Program-made: the position numbers and the translations under genes | Notes under the pieces: model-generated | Databases searched by the model: none | What the model was told of the DNA's origin: nothing | What the model saw: only the letters and a program-made list of their open reading frames with translations | NCBI RefSeq assembly: GCF_006345805.1 | Contig: NW_021834335.1 | Coordinates: forward strand, 1-49,165 | DNA: 49,165 nucleotides | Reading direction: 5' to 3' | From: Octopus sinensis | Lineage: Eukaryota | Part shown: positions 1-15,074 of the stretch, piece after piece | Numbering within the stretch: position 1 is the first letter of the stretch | How the letters are laid out: each line of letters opens with the position of its first letter

Positions 1-596
1 GTTCGCCCCCCAGGCCATTATTCCAATCGTGACTACCCCGTTGGTAATTTTGTTTCCAAGCCATGCCTGCATGGAAACATGGTCATTCAGTGATGATGAT
101 GATGATGATGATGATTACGATGACAATGATGTTGATGATGGCGTCGGTGATAGGGGTGAAGGTGGTGATAAGGATCTTAAGGTAATGATGATGATGATGA
201 TGATATGATGATGATGATGATAGTGAGTGATGACTATGCTGTTGATGATGATAATGAGGATTATAACGAGTGTTTTCTTCTCCATCTCTCCTCTGCTCCG
301 CTCCCTCTCCCTTCTCTCCCTCCCTCATTTCGCCTTCACATCTCTCTCCCTCCTTCTCTCTTTCGCCTTCATCTCTCCCTCTCTCCCTCCTCCTGCCCCT
401 CCCCACCGCTTTCTTTCTCTCTTTCTCCCCCTCCTTCCCTCCCTCCTGTTTACTCCTCTCCTTCATATCACACATTACTGCATATAATATTAAGGAGATT
501 TAACTGCTATTTCTAGACGATAAAGCGGCCACACTCGATGCACACTCGATGGTAGAGTCAAGTGATGTTGTAGATGTGCTCACCGCTTCTATTGAT

Positions 597-599
<3 letters not shown>

Positions 600-675
<76 letters not shown>

Positions 676-808
676 TTATCTATGTATGTATGTATGTATG
701 TATGTATGTATGTATGTATGTATGTATCTATCTATCTATCTATCTATCAATCAATCTATGTATGTATGTATCTATGTATCTATTTATTTATCTTTGTATC
801 TATCTATC

Positions 809-859
<51 letters not shown>

Positions 860-860
860 C

Positions 861-897
<37 letters not shown>

Positions 898-900
898 CCT
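600..900. repeat. Compound (TATC)n/(TATG)n microsatellite; similar arrays at 26090-26260, 30320-30470, 34330-34465, 37435-37580 and 47100-47270
   Basis: Directly visible. Confidence 0.97.
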
Positions 901-1182
901 AGCAAGCAAGCAAGCAGTCTGTCTATGCATGCATGCATGCATGCAAGTATGCATGCATATATGTATGTTTGCATCTATTCATCTATGTATATATGTATGT
1001 AGCTCTCTATCTTTTTATATATCTGTCTGTCTGTCTGTGTCTCCCTATCTATTTACTTCTTTCTCACTCAACCTAGACAAATAGTTAAACATAAGAGATA
1101 CATAAATGCATGCATACATATGTGCATACATCCGTACATACATACGTACATACATACATACACACATATATACATACATACA

Positions 1183-1213
<31 letters not shown>

Positions 1214-1227
1214 CATACATACATACA

Positions 1228-1263
<36 letters not shown>

Positions 1264-1457
1264 TAATGGCGGTGCCCCAGCATGGCCACAGCTCAAGAGC
1301 TGAAACTGGAAAACATAAACAAACATAAACATATATATATATATATATATATATTGGTAAAAACGGTAAGATAACAAAAGAAAGAAAGAGACTTCAATAT
1401 TATGTAAATAGAGGAAATTTATCTATAAAATAATATGTTACATTTACTCAATAGTCA

Positions 1458-1520
1458 AGATAAAACTCCGAGTTTCAGATGCCGAAGTGGAGATCCACAA
1501 CACCATCTCTTCGGTTATCT
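1458..1520 (-). ncRNA. Type-I hammerhead ribozyme motif (family B, U4C core variant)
   Basis: Minus strand reads AGATAA-CCGAAGA-GATG..CATC-T-GAAAC-TCGGAG-T-T-TTATCT: perfect 6-bp helix I, helix II, near-palindromic helix III ACTCGGAGT, GUU triplet. Confidence 0.72.
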
Positions 1521-2191
1521 GGCCATCTGAAAAACGCTATGAAAAAATACCGTTATATAAAGGGAAATTACTGTGTTATAATTCTGCTCGGGCACCCACG
1601 TACGTACTTATACGTCACTATGAAAACGTACACATCTTCACTCGCATTTTTCGCCAAATATATACGCATATATATATACAAACTCATACACACACACACA
1701 TGCGTACCGTAAAAGTTCATACGTACGTCTATATACGCACAAGCACAAGAAAAACCATGGTTAAAGGTCACAGAAAAAAAACATAAGGCGGTATAAAAAT
1801 CTTAAAAACCACGTTCATATACGGACATGCCCTTATGCACTCATACACACACACGCCCATATGTACATACCCGCACATATTTATATACGCATACATATAC
1901 ACGCATATAGAAAAAATGAATATACATATGTCCCCCCACCAAAAAAAAATGGAAAAATACTAAGTAAAAACGTCTATATATATACATATGTGCATTCTTA
2001 TGCCCGCACACACACGCACACATCTAAAACTACCCACTCATTCATATTCACACACGTGTACAAATGAATCTATATACACGTCTATATAGGCACAGGAAAA
2101 AATGCAGGATAGAAAAGTACAGAAAAAAATTGTGTGAAAATATAATGAAAATATATATAAGGTATAATAAAAGGTATAATGAGATAAAAAA

Positions 2192-2238
<47 letters not shown>

Positions 2239-2396
2239 TAATATATATACATACATATATATATAAATAAATATACGTATACATATATATATATATATAT
2301 ATATAATATATATATATATAGATATATAAATAAATATAATGAATATACATATATATATATATAATATATATATAAATAAATATAAATGAATATACG

Positions 2397-2427
<31 letters not shown>

Positions 2428-2431
2428 AATG

Positions 2432-2468
<37 letters not shown>

Positions 2469-3103
2469 TTATTTATTTATTTATTGACAAATAAAAGGAA
2501 GAAAGAGAGAAAGAGAGGAACAAAGGAGATAGATAGAGAGAGCGAGAGAGCGAGAGAGAGAGAGAGAGGACGCGAGAGAGCAAGTCTTGGTGTTATGTTG
2601 ATTGCTGTAAGCTGTACTCATGGAGGAAAGTGAAGTGAGGCAGGCTTGAGTGGAGGTGGTTGGAGCGGGGGGGGGGAATGGCGCATATCATCGATGGTGA
2701 GGTGGCGTGAGAGTGAGTGGGGGGAGCTATACGCATAAATATATATTATTATCAAATGTGAGTTTGGGAGGAAGGAAGGAAGGAAGGAAGGCGGGATTCG
2801 CTGTATGTTATCTACTGTGGACAGGGGAGGTGGTGGTGGTGGTGGGGGGTCATGGAGGAGGTGGAGAGGGAAGACACGAAGAAGACAGTTTTGTATTATC
2901 AACAAAATGCCAATTTCTATGGAAGTACACCTGCGCAACTGAATCTCTCACTCATGTTGATGTTGTTCCAGTAGAGGTTAGTGTAATGGTGGTGGTGGTG
3001 GTGGTGGGTGATATTCCTGTTTTTGTTTTAAAAATATATTTTGCTGTTGGTTGGTATTATTGTTTATTCTGTTGTTCCATGATGCTGAATTAACATATTG
3101 CCA

Positions 3104-3199
<96 letters not shown>

Positions 3200-3300
3200 G
3201 TTAATCCAAACAGAAAACACAGAAAAAAACACACAGCAACGCGAGGACGTGGAACAATTAAAGTATTATTTGACGCTCAGGAAAGAAGGGAAGGAGGAGC

Positions 3301-3335
3301 GTTTAACGTTTCGAGCGGAGCTCTTCGTCGGAAAC
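3301..3335 (-). ncRNA. Minimal type-I hammerhead ribozyme motif (family A, U4C variant) in a TA-flanked element of about 220 bp (3200-3423)
   Basis: Minus strand GTTT-CCGACGA-A-GAGC-TCC-GCTC-GAAAC-GT-T-AAAC: 4-bp helix I, 4-bp helix II, palindromic ACGT helix III. Confidence 0.75.
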
Positions 3336-3422
3336 ATAGGAGAAGGAAAGATCCAGAGAAGGGAAGACAGAGGAAAACAATTTTTTTTGCTGGTGGTGCT
3401 CAAGAGATCACATGTTGAAAGA

Positions 3423-3528
<106 letters not shown>

Positions 3529-4456
3529 CAAATAAGCAACAAGGATATCCAGTGGTAATGCAGTACGATCGTTTCAAGCAATTCCATTAATTGAACAATG
3601 CAATCATTACATCAATATATATATAATTTCTCGCTCAGAGATTTAATATAGCTTATATCTCTCTATATAAGTATAGAGTACATAATGCACAAGTCCCTTA
3701 TAGAAATTGCTGTATGTGTGCTTATACATGTGTGTGTATGTGTGTGTACATAGTTTCATTACATTCTCTACAGTGGTTCACAAATAAGTCACCTTCTCCT
3801 CTTCCGACAACATTTGGTTACACGATGGACTGGCCTATAGAAAGCGTTTCTCTAAGATGCAAGAAGGGACGAGATCAAGATCAGCAGCTTTGCATCAATG
3901 CAGATCTCTCCTCTCTCTAAAAACCCTGAATTTGTCCAATGGAAAAGGAAGATCATTAAGACCGACGGAAATGGAAGAACCTAAAGTCATCAGAAAGCAA
4001 AGAACCAGACAAAAAAAAAACAAAAAAAAAGCATTCCACTAGAAAAGATACCATCCTGGATTCTGTGGAAGAAATGATCTTACATGAAACCGGTTTGTAG
4101 TGGCGTAAAACACGGCGCTTTTTCTCTGACGATCTTACGTTCTGCCGATATGTCTGTGAGCTTCGCATACAAACATTGAATTAATATTACACAGGGAAAT
4201 ATTGTCGTCGAATATAATTAGCACGTTTCTGTTTTCAGCAATATCAATAAAATGATTAACATCGAGCACAGACTGAAAGCTCTGCTGGGGATGGGCAAAG
4301 GTGGAGAGACAGAGCGATTGAAGGAGACGAAGGGAGGTAGGCAAATGGAGAACGAAAGACAGATGCTTATCTGTACATACATACATACATACATACATAC
4401 ATACATACATACGTACATACGTAGCCACTTGCGCGCATGCATACAAACATCCCTCC

Positions 4457-4496
<40 letters not shown>

Positions 4497-4612
4497 CACA
4501 TACAAATCTGTATGAATATAAATATATACATATATGTCTGCATATATATGCATATATATATATATATGTGCAAGTATGTATATATAATACATAGATATAT
4601 ATACATATATAT

Positions 4613-4646
<34 letters not shown>

Positions 4647-4795
4647 CATATATATATTATATATACACACATATATATATACACACGCATATATGTTTTT
4701 TATAGTGAGAGAGAAGAGAGAGAAAGATAAATATATAAAATACATATATTTATGTGTATGTGTATACATATATATATATATATATACATACATAT

Positions 4796-4827
<32 letters not shown>

Positions 4828-5000
4828 CTATATATATATATATATATATGTATATGTATACAGTATATATATATAAATTTATACATTTATATATGCACAT
4901 ACACACGTGCGCTCGCGTATGTTTAAATGCTTAGATACAGCGATAGAATCAAGAGCGAGCGAACGAGCCAGCAAGAAAGTGAGAGTGAGAGAGATAAAGT

Positions 5001-5067
<67 letters not shown>

Positions 5068-5263
5068 CAGGTGTAAATGCTGAGTAAGATAAATAATTTC
5101 TAGCCTCTTCGCAAATTTTTTCCGTTGTCATTTTTGTAGTTAACGCAGCAGTTACTTAGGGTTGTTGTGTGCTCTAGGTTGTGGCTACAGTATTATTTGT
5201 TGGGCGTCGTTAATGACGACGGTTGCCATCATGGCGGTGGCTGTGACAGTGCTGCTGCTGCTG

Positions 5264-5299
<36 letters not shown>

Positions 5300-5707
5300 T
5301 TGTTGGACCCAACATGGCGTATGTTTTACGTTGGTCTTGTATGTATTACGAACGAGCAGATCTCTTTTATAGCAACTTCTTTTCGATGGCGAGGCGGATA
5401 CGATGGTAGCTGCGGTGCCGGTGTTTGAGGTGGTTCTCTGTCGTTCGGCGATGAAGATGAAGATTCGTTTGTCCAGTCGACTGAATTACTAGATCTTGAA
5501 CTTACCTATTAGTAGCCGAGTATTCCATAAACGCGTGCATTTTTCCATTTCTAGTTGATCCGATCAACGGAACAGCTAGCTTGTGAAAATAACGAGCAAG
5601 CGACTGCGATAACTCCAAGAAACGTGTACCTCTAATATAGTTAAATACGCATATACATACATACATACGTACATACATACATACATACATACATACATAC
5701 ATACATA

Positions 5708-5812
5708 CCCTGCTGACGTTGAAATTCCAATGAAGGGGCCTTGGTTCTAGGTCAGAAACCAGCTCTTTCTCTATTGGTAAGAAATCTTGAAATAAACTGA
5801 ATAATGACATAC
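5708..5812 (+). mobile_element. 3' tail fragment of an R4/Dong-like LINE embedded in (ATAC)n
   Basis: Closely similar to 6337-6452. The start of the same tail (aaacaaaaataccctgtt) follows the LINE ORF end and its ATAC tract at 15762-15780. Confidence 0.6.
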
Positions 5813-5959
5813 AAACACCCAAATACATTCATACATAATACATAGATACATACCTACATACATACATACATACATACATATATACATACATACATACATA
5901 CATACATACATACATACATACATACATAACATACATACATACATACATACATACATACA

Positions 5960-5993
<34 letters not shown>

Positions 5994-6160
5994 CATATAT
6001 ATACATACATACATACATACATACATACATACATACATACATAACATACATACATACCTACATACATACATACATACATACATATATACATATATATATA
6101 TACATACATACATACGTACATACATACATACATGCATACATACATACATGCATGCATACA

Positions 6161-6194
<34 letters not shown>

Positions 6195-6336
6195 CATATA
6201 TATATACATACATACATACATACATACATACATAACATACATACATACCTACATACATACATACATACATATATACATATATATATACATACATACATAC
6301 ATACATACATACATACATACATACATACATACATAC
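5810..6336. repeat. (ATAC)n microsatellite; similar long arrays at 15140-15765, 19830-20635 and 30530-30970
   Basis: Directly visible. Confidence 0.97.
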
Positions 6337-6452
6337 AAACAAAAATACCCTGTTGTTGATGTTGAAATTTCAATGATGGAACCTTGGATATAGGTTAGAA
6401 ACCAGTTCTTTCTCTATTGGCAAGAAATCTTGAAATAAACTGAATAATGACA
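6337..6452 (+). mobile_element. Second copy of the R4/Dong-like LINE 3' tail embedded in (ATAC)n
   Basis: Direct repeat of 5708-5812 separated by about 500 bp of (ATAC)n; contains the stem AACCT/AGGTT. Confidence 0.6.
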
Positions 6453-6528
6453 TACATACATTTCGCCATGATAGTTCGCTAGCCACTTTATTTATTTCTT
6501 TATTTTCTCTCCTTGTTTCTTTGTGTTC

Positions 6529-6564
6529 CTTTCTGTGGAAAAGCGTAGGTTCGAAACGTTAAAG
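6529..6564 (+). ncRNA. Degenerate family A hammerhead motif in an element at about 6460-6660
   Basis: CTTT-CTGTGGA-A-AAGC-GTAG-GTTC-GAAAC-GT-T-AAAG. Helix I is compensated (C-G versus G-C in the 3301 copy); core carries A6U. The flank cgagcgttaaaataatac matches the 3.3-kb element. Confidence 0.62.
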
Positions 6565-6710
6565 ACTTTTTCTCTTCCCGAGCGTTAAAATAATACATAT
6601 GTCTGTTGTTTACACCACCAGTATTCGTCTTATGTTTCTTTTTGTGAATTCTCCCGCTACATACATACATACATACATACATACATACATACATACATAC
6701 ACGCACATGC

Positions 6711-6743
<33 letters not shown>

Positions 6744-6935
6744 TGTATGTATGTATATATGTATGTATGTATTCTAAAATGTCTGCCTTGACTAATTCGT
6801 TCAGCGTTACATATATTTGAATTATTGCTCTCGCCTTGAGGTTATTAACTTCTGTTCAGTTTAAAACTAAAATACATTCTTGTCTTGATGTATTTCACAT
6901 ATAACAATCTAATATACTACCTGTATATATATATG

Positions 6936-7062
<127 letters not shown>

Positions 7063-7417
7063 GTATGCATGTATATATATGTATTTATGTATAAATATAA
7101 ATATATATATATATAATATATATATATATATATAAAATATATATATATATATATATGTTTATCCAAGTGTATGTATGTATTTTTATAAATACACACACAT
7201 GCATAAATACATATATGTGTACGTAAACATTTTTCTATGCACACACATACGCATATAATATACATACATATATATATATATATACGTATATATGTATACA
7301 CACGCACTCATATGCACACATATACACAAACCTGCACACAGACGTATATGATCTTTATGATTTACGACTGAATATTTGCAATAACAACACACCATATAGC
7401 ACCCACACGCACACACA

Positions 7418-10400
7418 CATACACATGCACACATATATACAGACATACACATGCACACATATATACAGACATACACATGCACACATATATACAGACATAC
7501 ACATGCACACATATATACGGACATACACAGGCACACATATATACAGACATACACAGGCACACATATATACAGACATACACAGGCACACATATATACAGAC
7601 ATACACAGGCACACATATAAACAGACATACACATGCACACATATATACAGACATACACAGGCACACATATATACAGACATACACAGGCACACATATAAAC
7701 AGACATACACAGGCACACATATATACAGACATACACAGGCACACATATATACAGACATACACAGGCACACATATAAACAGACATACACATGCACACATAT
7801 ATACAGACATACACAGGCACACATATATACAGACATACACAGGCACACATATAAACAGACATACACAGGCACACATATATACAGACATACACAGGCACAC
7901 ATATATACAGACATACACAGGCACACATATAAACAGACATACACATGCACACATATATACAGACATACACAGGCACACATATATACAGACATACACAGGC
8001 ACACATATAACAGACATACACAGGCACACATATACAGACATACACAGGCACACATATAAACAGACATACACATGCACACATATATACAGACATACACAGG
8101 CACACATATATACAGACATACACAGGCACACATATAAACAGACATACACAGGCACACATATATACAGACATACACAGGCACACATATATACAGACATACA
8201 CAGGCACACATATAAACAGACATACACATGCACACATATATACAGACATACACAGGCACACATATATACAGACATACACAGGCACACATATAAACAGACA
8301 TACACAGGCACACATATATACAGACATACACAGGCACACATATATACAGACATACACAGGCACACATATAAACAGACATACACATGCACACATATATACA
8401 GACATACACAGGCACACATATATACAGACATACACAGGCACACATATAAACAGACATACACAGGCACACATATATACAGACATACACAGGCACACATATA
8501 TACAGACATACACATGCACACATATAAACAGACATACACATGCACACATATATACAGACATACACAGGCACACATATATACAGACATACACAGGCACACA
8601 TATATACAGACATACACATGCACACATATATACAGACATACACAGGCACACATATATACAGACATACACAGGCACACATATATACAGACATACACAGGCA
8701 CACATATATACAGACATACACAGGCACACATATATACAGACATACACAGGCACACATATATACAGACATACACAGGCACACATATATACAGACATACACA
8801 GGCACACATATATACAGACATACACAGGCACACATATATACAGACATACACAGGCACACATATATACAGACATACACAGGCACACATATATACAGACATA
8901 CACAGGCACACATATATACACACATACACAGGCACACATATATACAGACATACACAGGCACACATATATACAGACATACACAGGCACACATATATACAGA
9001 CATACACATGCACACATATATACAGACATACACAGACACACATATATACAGACATACACATGCACACATATATACAGACATACACAGGCACACATATATA
9101 CAGACATACACATGCACACATATATACAGACATACACAGGCACACATATATACAGACATACACATGCACACATATATACAGGCATACACAGGCACACATA
9201 TATACAGACATACAGAGACACACATATATACAGACATACAGAGACACACATATATACAGACATACACAGGCACACATATATACAGACATACACATGCACA
9301 CATATATACAGACATACAGAGACACACATATATACAGACATACAGAGACACACATATATACACACATACACACGCACACATATATACAGACATACACACG
9401 CACACATATATACAGACATACACAGGCACACATATATACAGGCATACACATGCACACATATATACAGACATACACATGCACACATATATACAGACATACA
9501 CATGCACACATATATACAGACATACACAGGCACACATATATACAGACATACACATGCACACATATATACAGACATACACAGGCACACATATATACAGACA
9601 TACACAGGCACACATATATACAGACATACACAGGCACACATATATACAGACATACACAGGCACACATATATACAGGCATACACATGCACACATATATACA
9701 GACATACACATGCACACATATATACAGACATACACAGGCACACATATATACAGACATACACAGACACACATATATACACACATACACAGGCACACATATA
9801 ACAGACATACACAGGCACACATAATACAGACATACACAGGCACATATATATACAGACATACACAGGCACACATATGTACAGACATACACAGCACACATAT
9901 ATACAACATACACAGGCACATATATATACAGACATACACAGGCACACATATATCAGACATACACAGGCACCATATATACAGACATACACAGGCACACATA
10001 TATACAGACATACACATGCACACATATATACAGACATACACAGCACACATATATACAGGCATACACAGGCACACATATATACAGACATACACAGGCACAC
10101 ATATATACAGACATACACAGGCACACATATATACAAGGCATACACAGGCACATATATCTACGACAACACCGGCACACATATATACAGACACTACACACGG
10201 CCCACATAGATACAGACATACACATGCACCACATATACAAGCATCCACAACACATATATACAGACATACACAGGCACACATATATACAGACATACACATG
10301 CACACCATATTATCAGACATACACAGGCACACATATATACGACATACAAGGCACACGCACACACACACATACACAGGCACACATATATACAGGCATACAC

Positions 10401-13400
10401 AGGCACACATATACACAGGCATACACAGGCACACATATATAACAGAACATACACAGGCACAAAGCGCACACAACACACATACACAGGCACACATATATCA
10501 GGCTACACAGCACACATATATACAGGCATACACAGGCACATATATATACAGACATACACAGGCACACATATATACAGGCATACACAGGCACACATATATA
10601 CAGGCATACACGGCACATATATATACAGACAATACACAAGGCACACAATATACAGACATACACAGGTCACACATATATACGACATACACATGCAACATAT
10701 ATAACGGCATACACAAGGCACACATATATACAGACATACACAGGCACACATATATACATACATACACATGCACACTATATACAGACATACACAGGCACAC
10801 ATATATAACCGACATACACAGGCAACGCACACACACACATCCACAGGCACACTTATACAGGCATACACAGTCACACATATATACAGCAATACACAGGCAC
10901 ACATATATCCGGCATACACAGGCCACATATATACAGACATACACATGCACACAATATATACAGCATACACGGCACACATATATACGACATACAACGGCAC
11001 ACATATATACAGGCATACACAGGCACACATATATACAGGCATACACAGGCACACATATATACAGCATACACAGGCACACATATATACAGACATACAGACA
11101 CATATATATAGACATACCGTCACACACATATATCATACAATAACACAGGCACCACATATATACAGGCATACACAGGCACACATATATACAGGCATACACA
11201 GGCACACAATATACAGGCATACATACACAGGCACACATATATACAGGCATCCACAGGCACATAATATATACAGACATACACGGCACACATATATACAGAC
11301 ATACACAGGCCCACAATATAACAGACATACACAGGCACACATATACATACATACACTGCACACAGATAGCAGACATACACAGGCACACATATATACACAT
11401 AAACACACCACGCCACAACACATACACGGCACACATATATACAGGCATACCCAGCACACATAAATATACAGGCATACACAGCACACATATATACAGACAT
11501 CACAGCCAGGCACACACACACATACACAGGCACACATATATACAGGCATACACAGGCACACAATATATACAGACTACACAGGCACACATATATACAGACA
11601 TACACATGCACACATATATAACAGACCTACACAGGCACACATATATAAACATACACAGGCACACATATAACAGGCTACACAGGCACACATATATACAGCA
11701 TACACAGGCACACTATATACAGACATACACAGGCACACATATATACAGACATACACAGGCACACATATATACATACATACACAGGCACACATATCTACAG
11801 GCATACACGGCACACATATATACAGCATACAAGGCACACATATATACAGGCATACACAGGCACACATATATACAGGCATACACAGGCACACATATATACA
11901 GGCATACACAGGCACACATATATACAGACATACACATGCACACATATATACAGACATACACAGGCACACATATATACAGACATACACAGGCACACATATA
12001 TACAGGCATACACAGGCACACATATATACAGGCATACACAGGCACACATATATACAGACATACACAGGCACACATATATACAGACATACACAGGCACACA
12101 TATATACAGACATACACAGGCACACATATATACAGGCATACACAGGCACACATATATACAGGCATACACAGGCACACATATATACAGGCATACACAGGCA
12201 CACATATATACAGGCATACACAGGCACACATATATACAGGCATACACAGGCACATATATATACAGACATACACAGGCACACATATATACAGACATACACA
12301 GGCACACATATATACAGACATACACAGGCACACATATATACAGGCATACACAGGCACACATATATACAGGCATACACAGGCACACATATATACAGGCATA
12401 CACAGGCACACATATATACAGGCATACACAGGCACACATATATACAGGCATACACAGGCACATATATATACAGACATACACAGGCACACATATATACAGG
12501 CATACACAGGCACATATATATACAGACATACACAGGCACACATATATACAGACATACACAGGCACACATATATACAGACATACACATGCACACATATATA
12601 CAGGCATACACAGGCACACATATATACAGGCATACACAGGCACATATATATACAGACATACACAGGCACACATATATACAGACATACACATGCACACATA
12701 TATACAGGCATACACAGGCACACATATATACAGGCATACACAGGCACATATATATACAGACATACACAGGCACACATATATACAGACATACACAGGCACA
12801 CATATATACAGACATACACATGCACACATATATACAGGCATACACAGGCACACATATATACAGACATACACATGCACACATATATACAGGCATACACAGG
12901 CACACATATATACAGGCATACACAGGCACACATATATACAGACATACACAGGCACATATATATACAGGCATACACAGGCACACATATATACAGGCATACA
13001 CAGGCACCATATGTACAGACATACACATGCACACATATATACAGACATACACAGGCACACATATATACATACAACAGGCACACATATAACAGACATACAC
13101 AGGCACATATATATACAGACATACACATGCACACATATACAGACATACACAGGCACACATATATACAGACATACACAGGCACACATATATACAGACATAC
13201 ACAGGACACATATATACAGACATACACAGGCACACATATATACAGACATACACAGGCACATATATATACAGACATACACAGGCACACATATATACAGGCA
13301 TACACAGGCACACATATATACAGACATACACGGCACACATATATACAGACATACACAGGCACACATATATACAGACATACACAGGCACACATATATACAG

Positions 13401-13906
13401 ACATACACATGCACACATATATATACAGACAACACAGCACACATATATACAGACATACACAGGCACACATATATACAGACATACACAGGCACACATATAT
13501 ACAGACATACACAGGCACATATATATACAGACAATACACGGCACACATATATACAGGCATACCAGGCACACATATATACAGACATACACAGGCACACATA
13601 TATACAGACATACACAGGCACACATATATACAGACATACATAGGCACACATATATACAGACATACACAGGCACACATATATACAGACATACACAGGCACA
13701 CATATATACAGACATACACATGCACACATATATACAGACATACACAGGTACATATATATACAGACATACACAGGCACACATATATACAGACATACACAGG
13801 CACATATATATACAGACATACACAGGCACACATATATACAGACAAGACAGGCACATATATATACAGGCATACACAGGCACACATATATACAGACATACAC
13901 AGGCAC
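7418..13906. repeat. 6.5-kb satellite of about 250 copies of a 26-bp unit ACACATATATACAGACATACACAGGC
   Basis: Directly visible periodicity with variants ATGC, AGGCATA and TAAAC. Accounts for all the 700-1100 aa ORFs. Confidence 0.97.
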
Positions 13907-14097
13907 CCTCGCAAGCACAAATATACAAACATATCACAAGATAATAGTTTACAAAACGTGTAAGCAATTAACTAATGACGTGTGAATGAAATGATTTAAA
14001 TAATGGTAACGTGAAGCATCTCTAATAATTATAATAAAAATTTTAATTAATCTGTGTAATTAATCTGTGTAATGTATGAACGAATGTACTCTTTACA

Positions 14098-14507
14098 CTT
14101 TTACTTATTTCAGTCATTTGATTGCGGCCATGCTAGAGCACCGCCTTTAGTCGAGCGAATCAACCCCGGGACTTATTTGTAAGCCTAGTACTTATTCTAT
14201 CGGTCTGTTTTGCCGAACCGCTAAGTTACGGGGATGCAAACGCATCAGCATTGTCAAGCGATGTTGGGGGGACAAACACAGACACAGACTAACAAACACC
14301 CACACAAACACACACATACACACACACACATACATATATACGACGGGCTTCTTTCAGTTTCCGTCTACCAAATCCACTCACAAGGCTTTGGTTGGCCCGA
14401 GGCTATAGTAGAAGACACTCGCCCAAGGTGCCAAGCAGTGGGACTGAACCCGGAACCATGTGGTTGGTAAGCAAGCTACTTACCACACAGCCACTCCAGC
14501 GCCTATA
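14098..14507 (-). mobile_element. Near full-length tRNA-derived SINE with an internal (TG)n tract
   Basis: Minus head GGCGCTGGAGTGGCTGTGTGGTAAG...GGTTCAGTCCCAC (A- and B-box-like). Body and tail segments recur at 17650-17750, 18208-18365, 24105-24200, 31100-31230 and 46185-46320. Confidence 0.85.
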
Positions 14508-14911
14508 CGCTAACAAGCTATAAGCAAATATGGTTTTATCTTGCCGTGGACAGAAGAAGAATTAATGGTCTTCTTGTTTTTAGCTCTTAACAATTTAAAA
14601 TTTTATTTTTTAATACTTGTTCATGGCTATGGGGTTAAGAAACTCGCCTAACAGCTACGTGATTTTGGGGTCAGTGCAATTGTGCAGCTACCTCAGGCAC
14701 GCGTCGCTTACAAAAGCTCTGGGTCGACCTCTGCCTTACGAGTGAATTTGTGTGACGGAAACTGAAAGAAACCTACCGTGTATACACAAACACACACAAG
14801 CACATACATACATACATACATACATACATACATACATACATACATACATACATACATACATACATACATACATGCATACATACATACATGCATACATACA
14901 TACATACATAC

Positions 14912-15074
14912 ATATCTGTAATTATTGGGGCCCAGGGATATGTAACTCACTGCCAATCTTGAGAAATTAGGCTTCTCAAAACCAGAAAGGAGAAATCTAA
15001 TTCGAAGACAACAGATCAAAGTCGTCATTGGAACTGTAAGAATCTGTAAAACTTTCCAGAAGTTTATCATTTAA
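14912..15074 (+). mobile_element. 5'-truncated R4/Dong-like LINE, last 50 or so codons, followed by a 3' UTR containing ATAC repeats (to about 15780)
   Basis: Translates ...IIGAQG...NLEKLGFSKPERRNLIRRQQIKVVIGTVRICKTFQKFII*, homologous to the end of the 16085-16378 ORF. Confidence 0.75.

Noticed and set aside
83-1328. Short low-complexity ORFs (LSIY, VCMY, GA-rich) here and throughout the window
   Set aside because: Microsatellite translations with no splice signals or domain content.
2880-2975. GSTPAQLNLSLMLMLFQ, vaguely like an ADAMTS spacer strand
   Set aside because: No acceptor or strong donor, an immediate stop, and similarity too weak.
3555-3610. Minus-strand GAAAC-GATC-GT-A palindrome suggesting another hammerhead
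   Set aside because: No recognisable CUGANGA core or helix II upstream.
3770-4300. Unique sequence after a good acceptor (ctctacAG) as a candidate upstream ADAMTSL2 exon
   Set aside because: All frames hit stops before any donor and none resembles ADAMTS spacer or TSP1 sequence. Possibly an unidentifiable transposon relic.
5500-5600. Perfect minus-strand donor AATAG|GTAAGT at 5506
   Set aside because: The upstream sequence (gttgatccgatcaacggaacagc) is a degenerate copy of the SINE body seen at 40245-40270, and there is no coherent exon.
7183-13967. 700-1100 aa ORFs on both strands (CVYM- and HTYI-rich)
   Set aside because: Translations of the 26-bp satellite. Purine/pyrimidine alternation excludes stop codons, and all frames are open at once.
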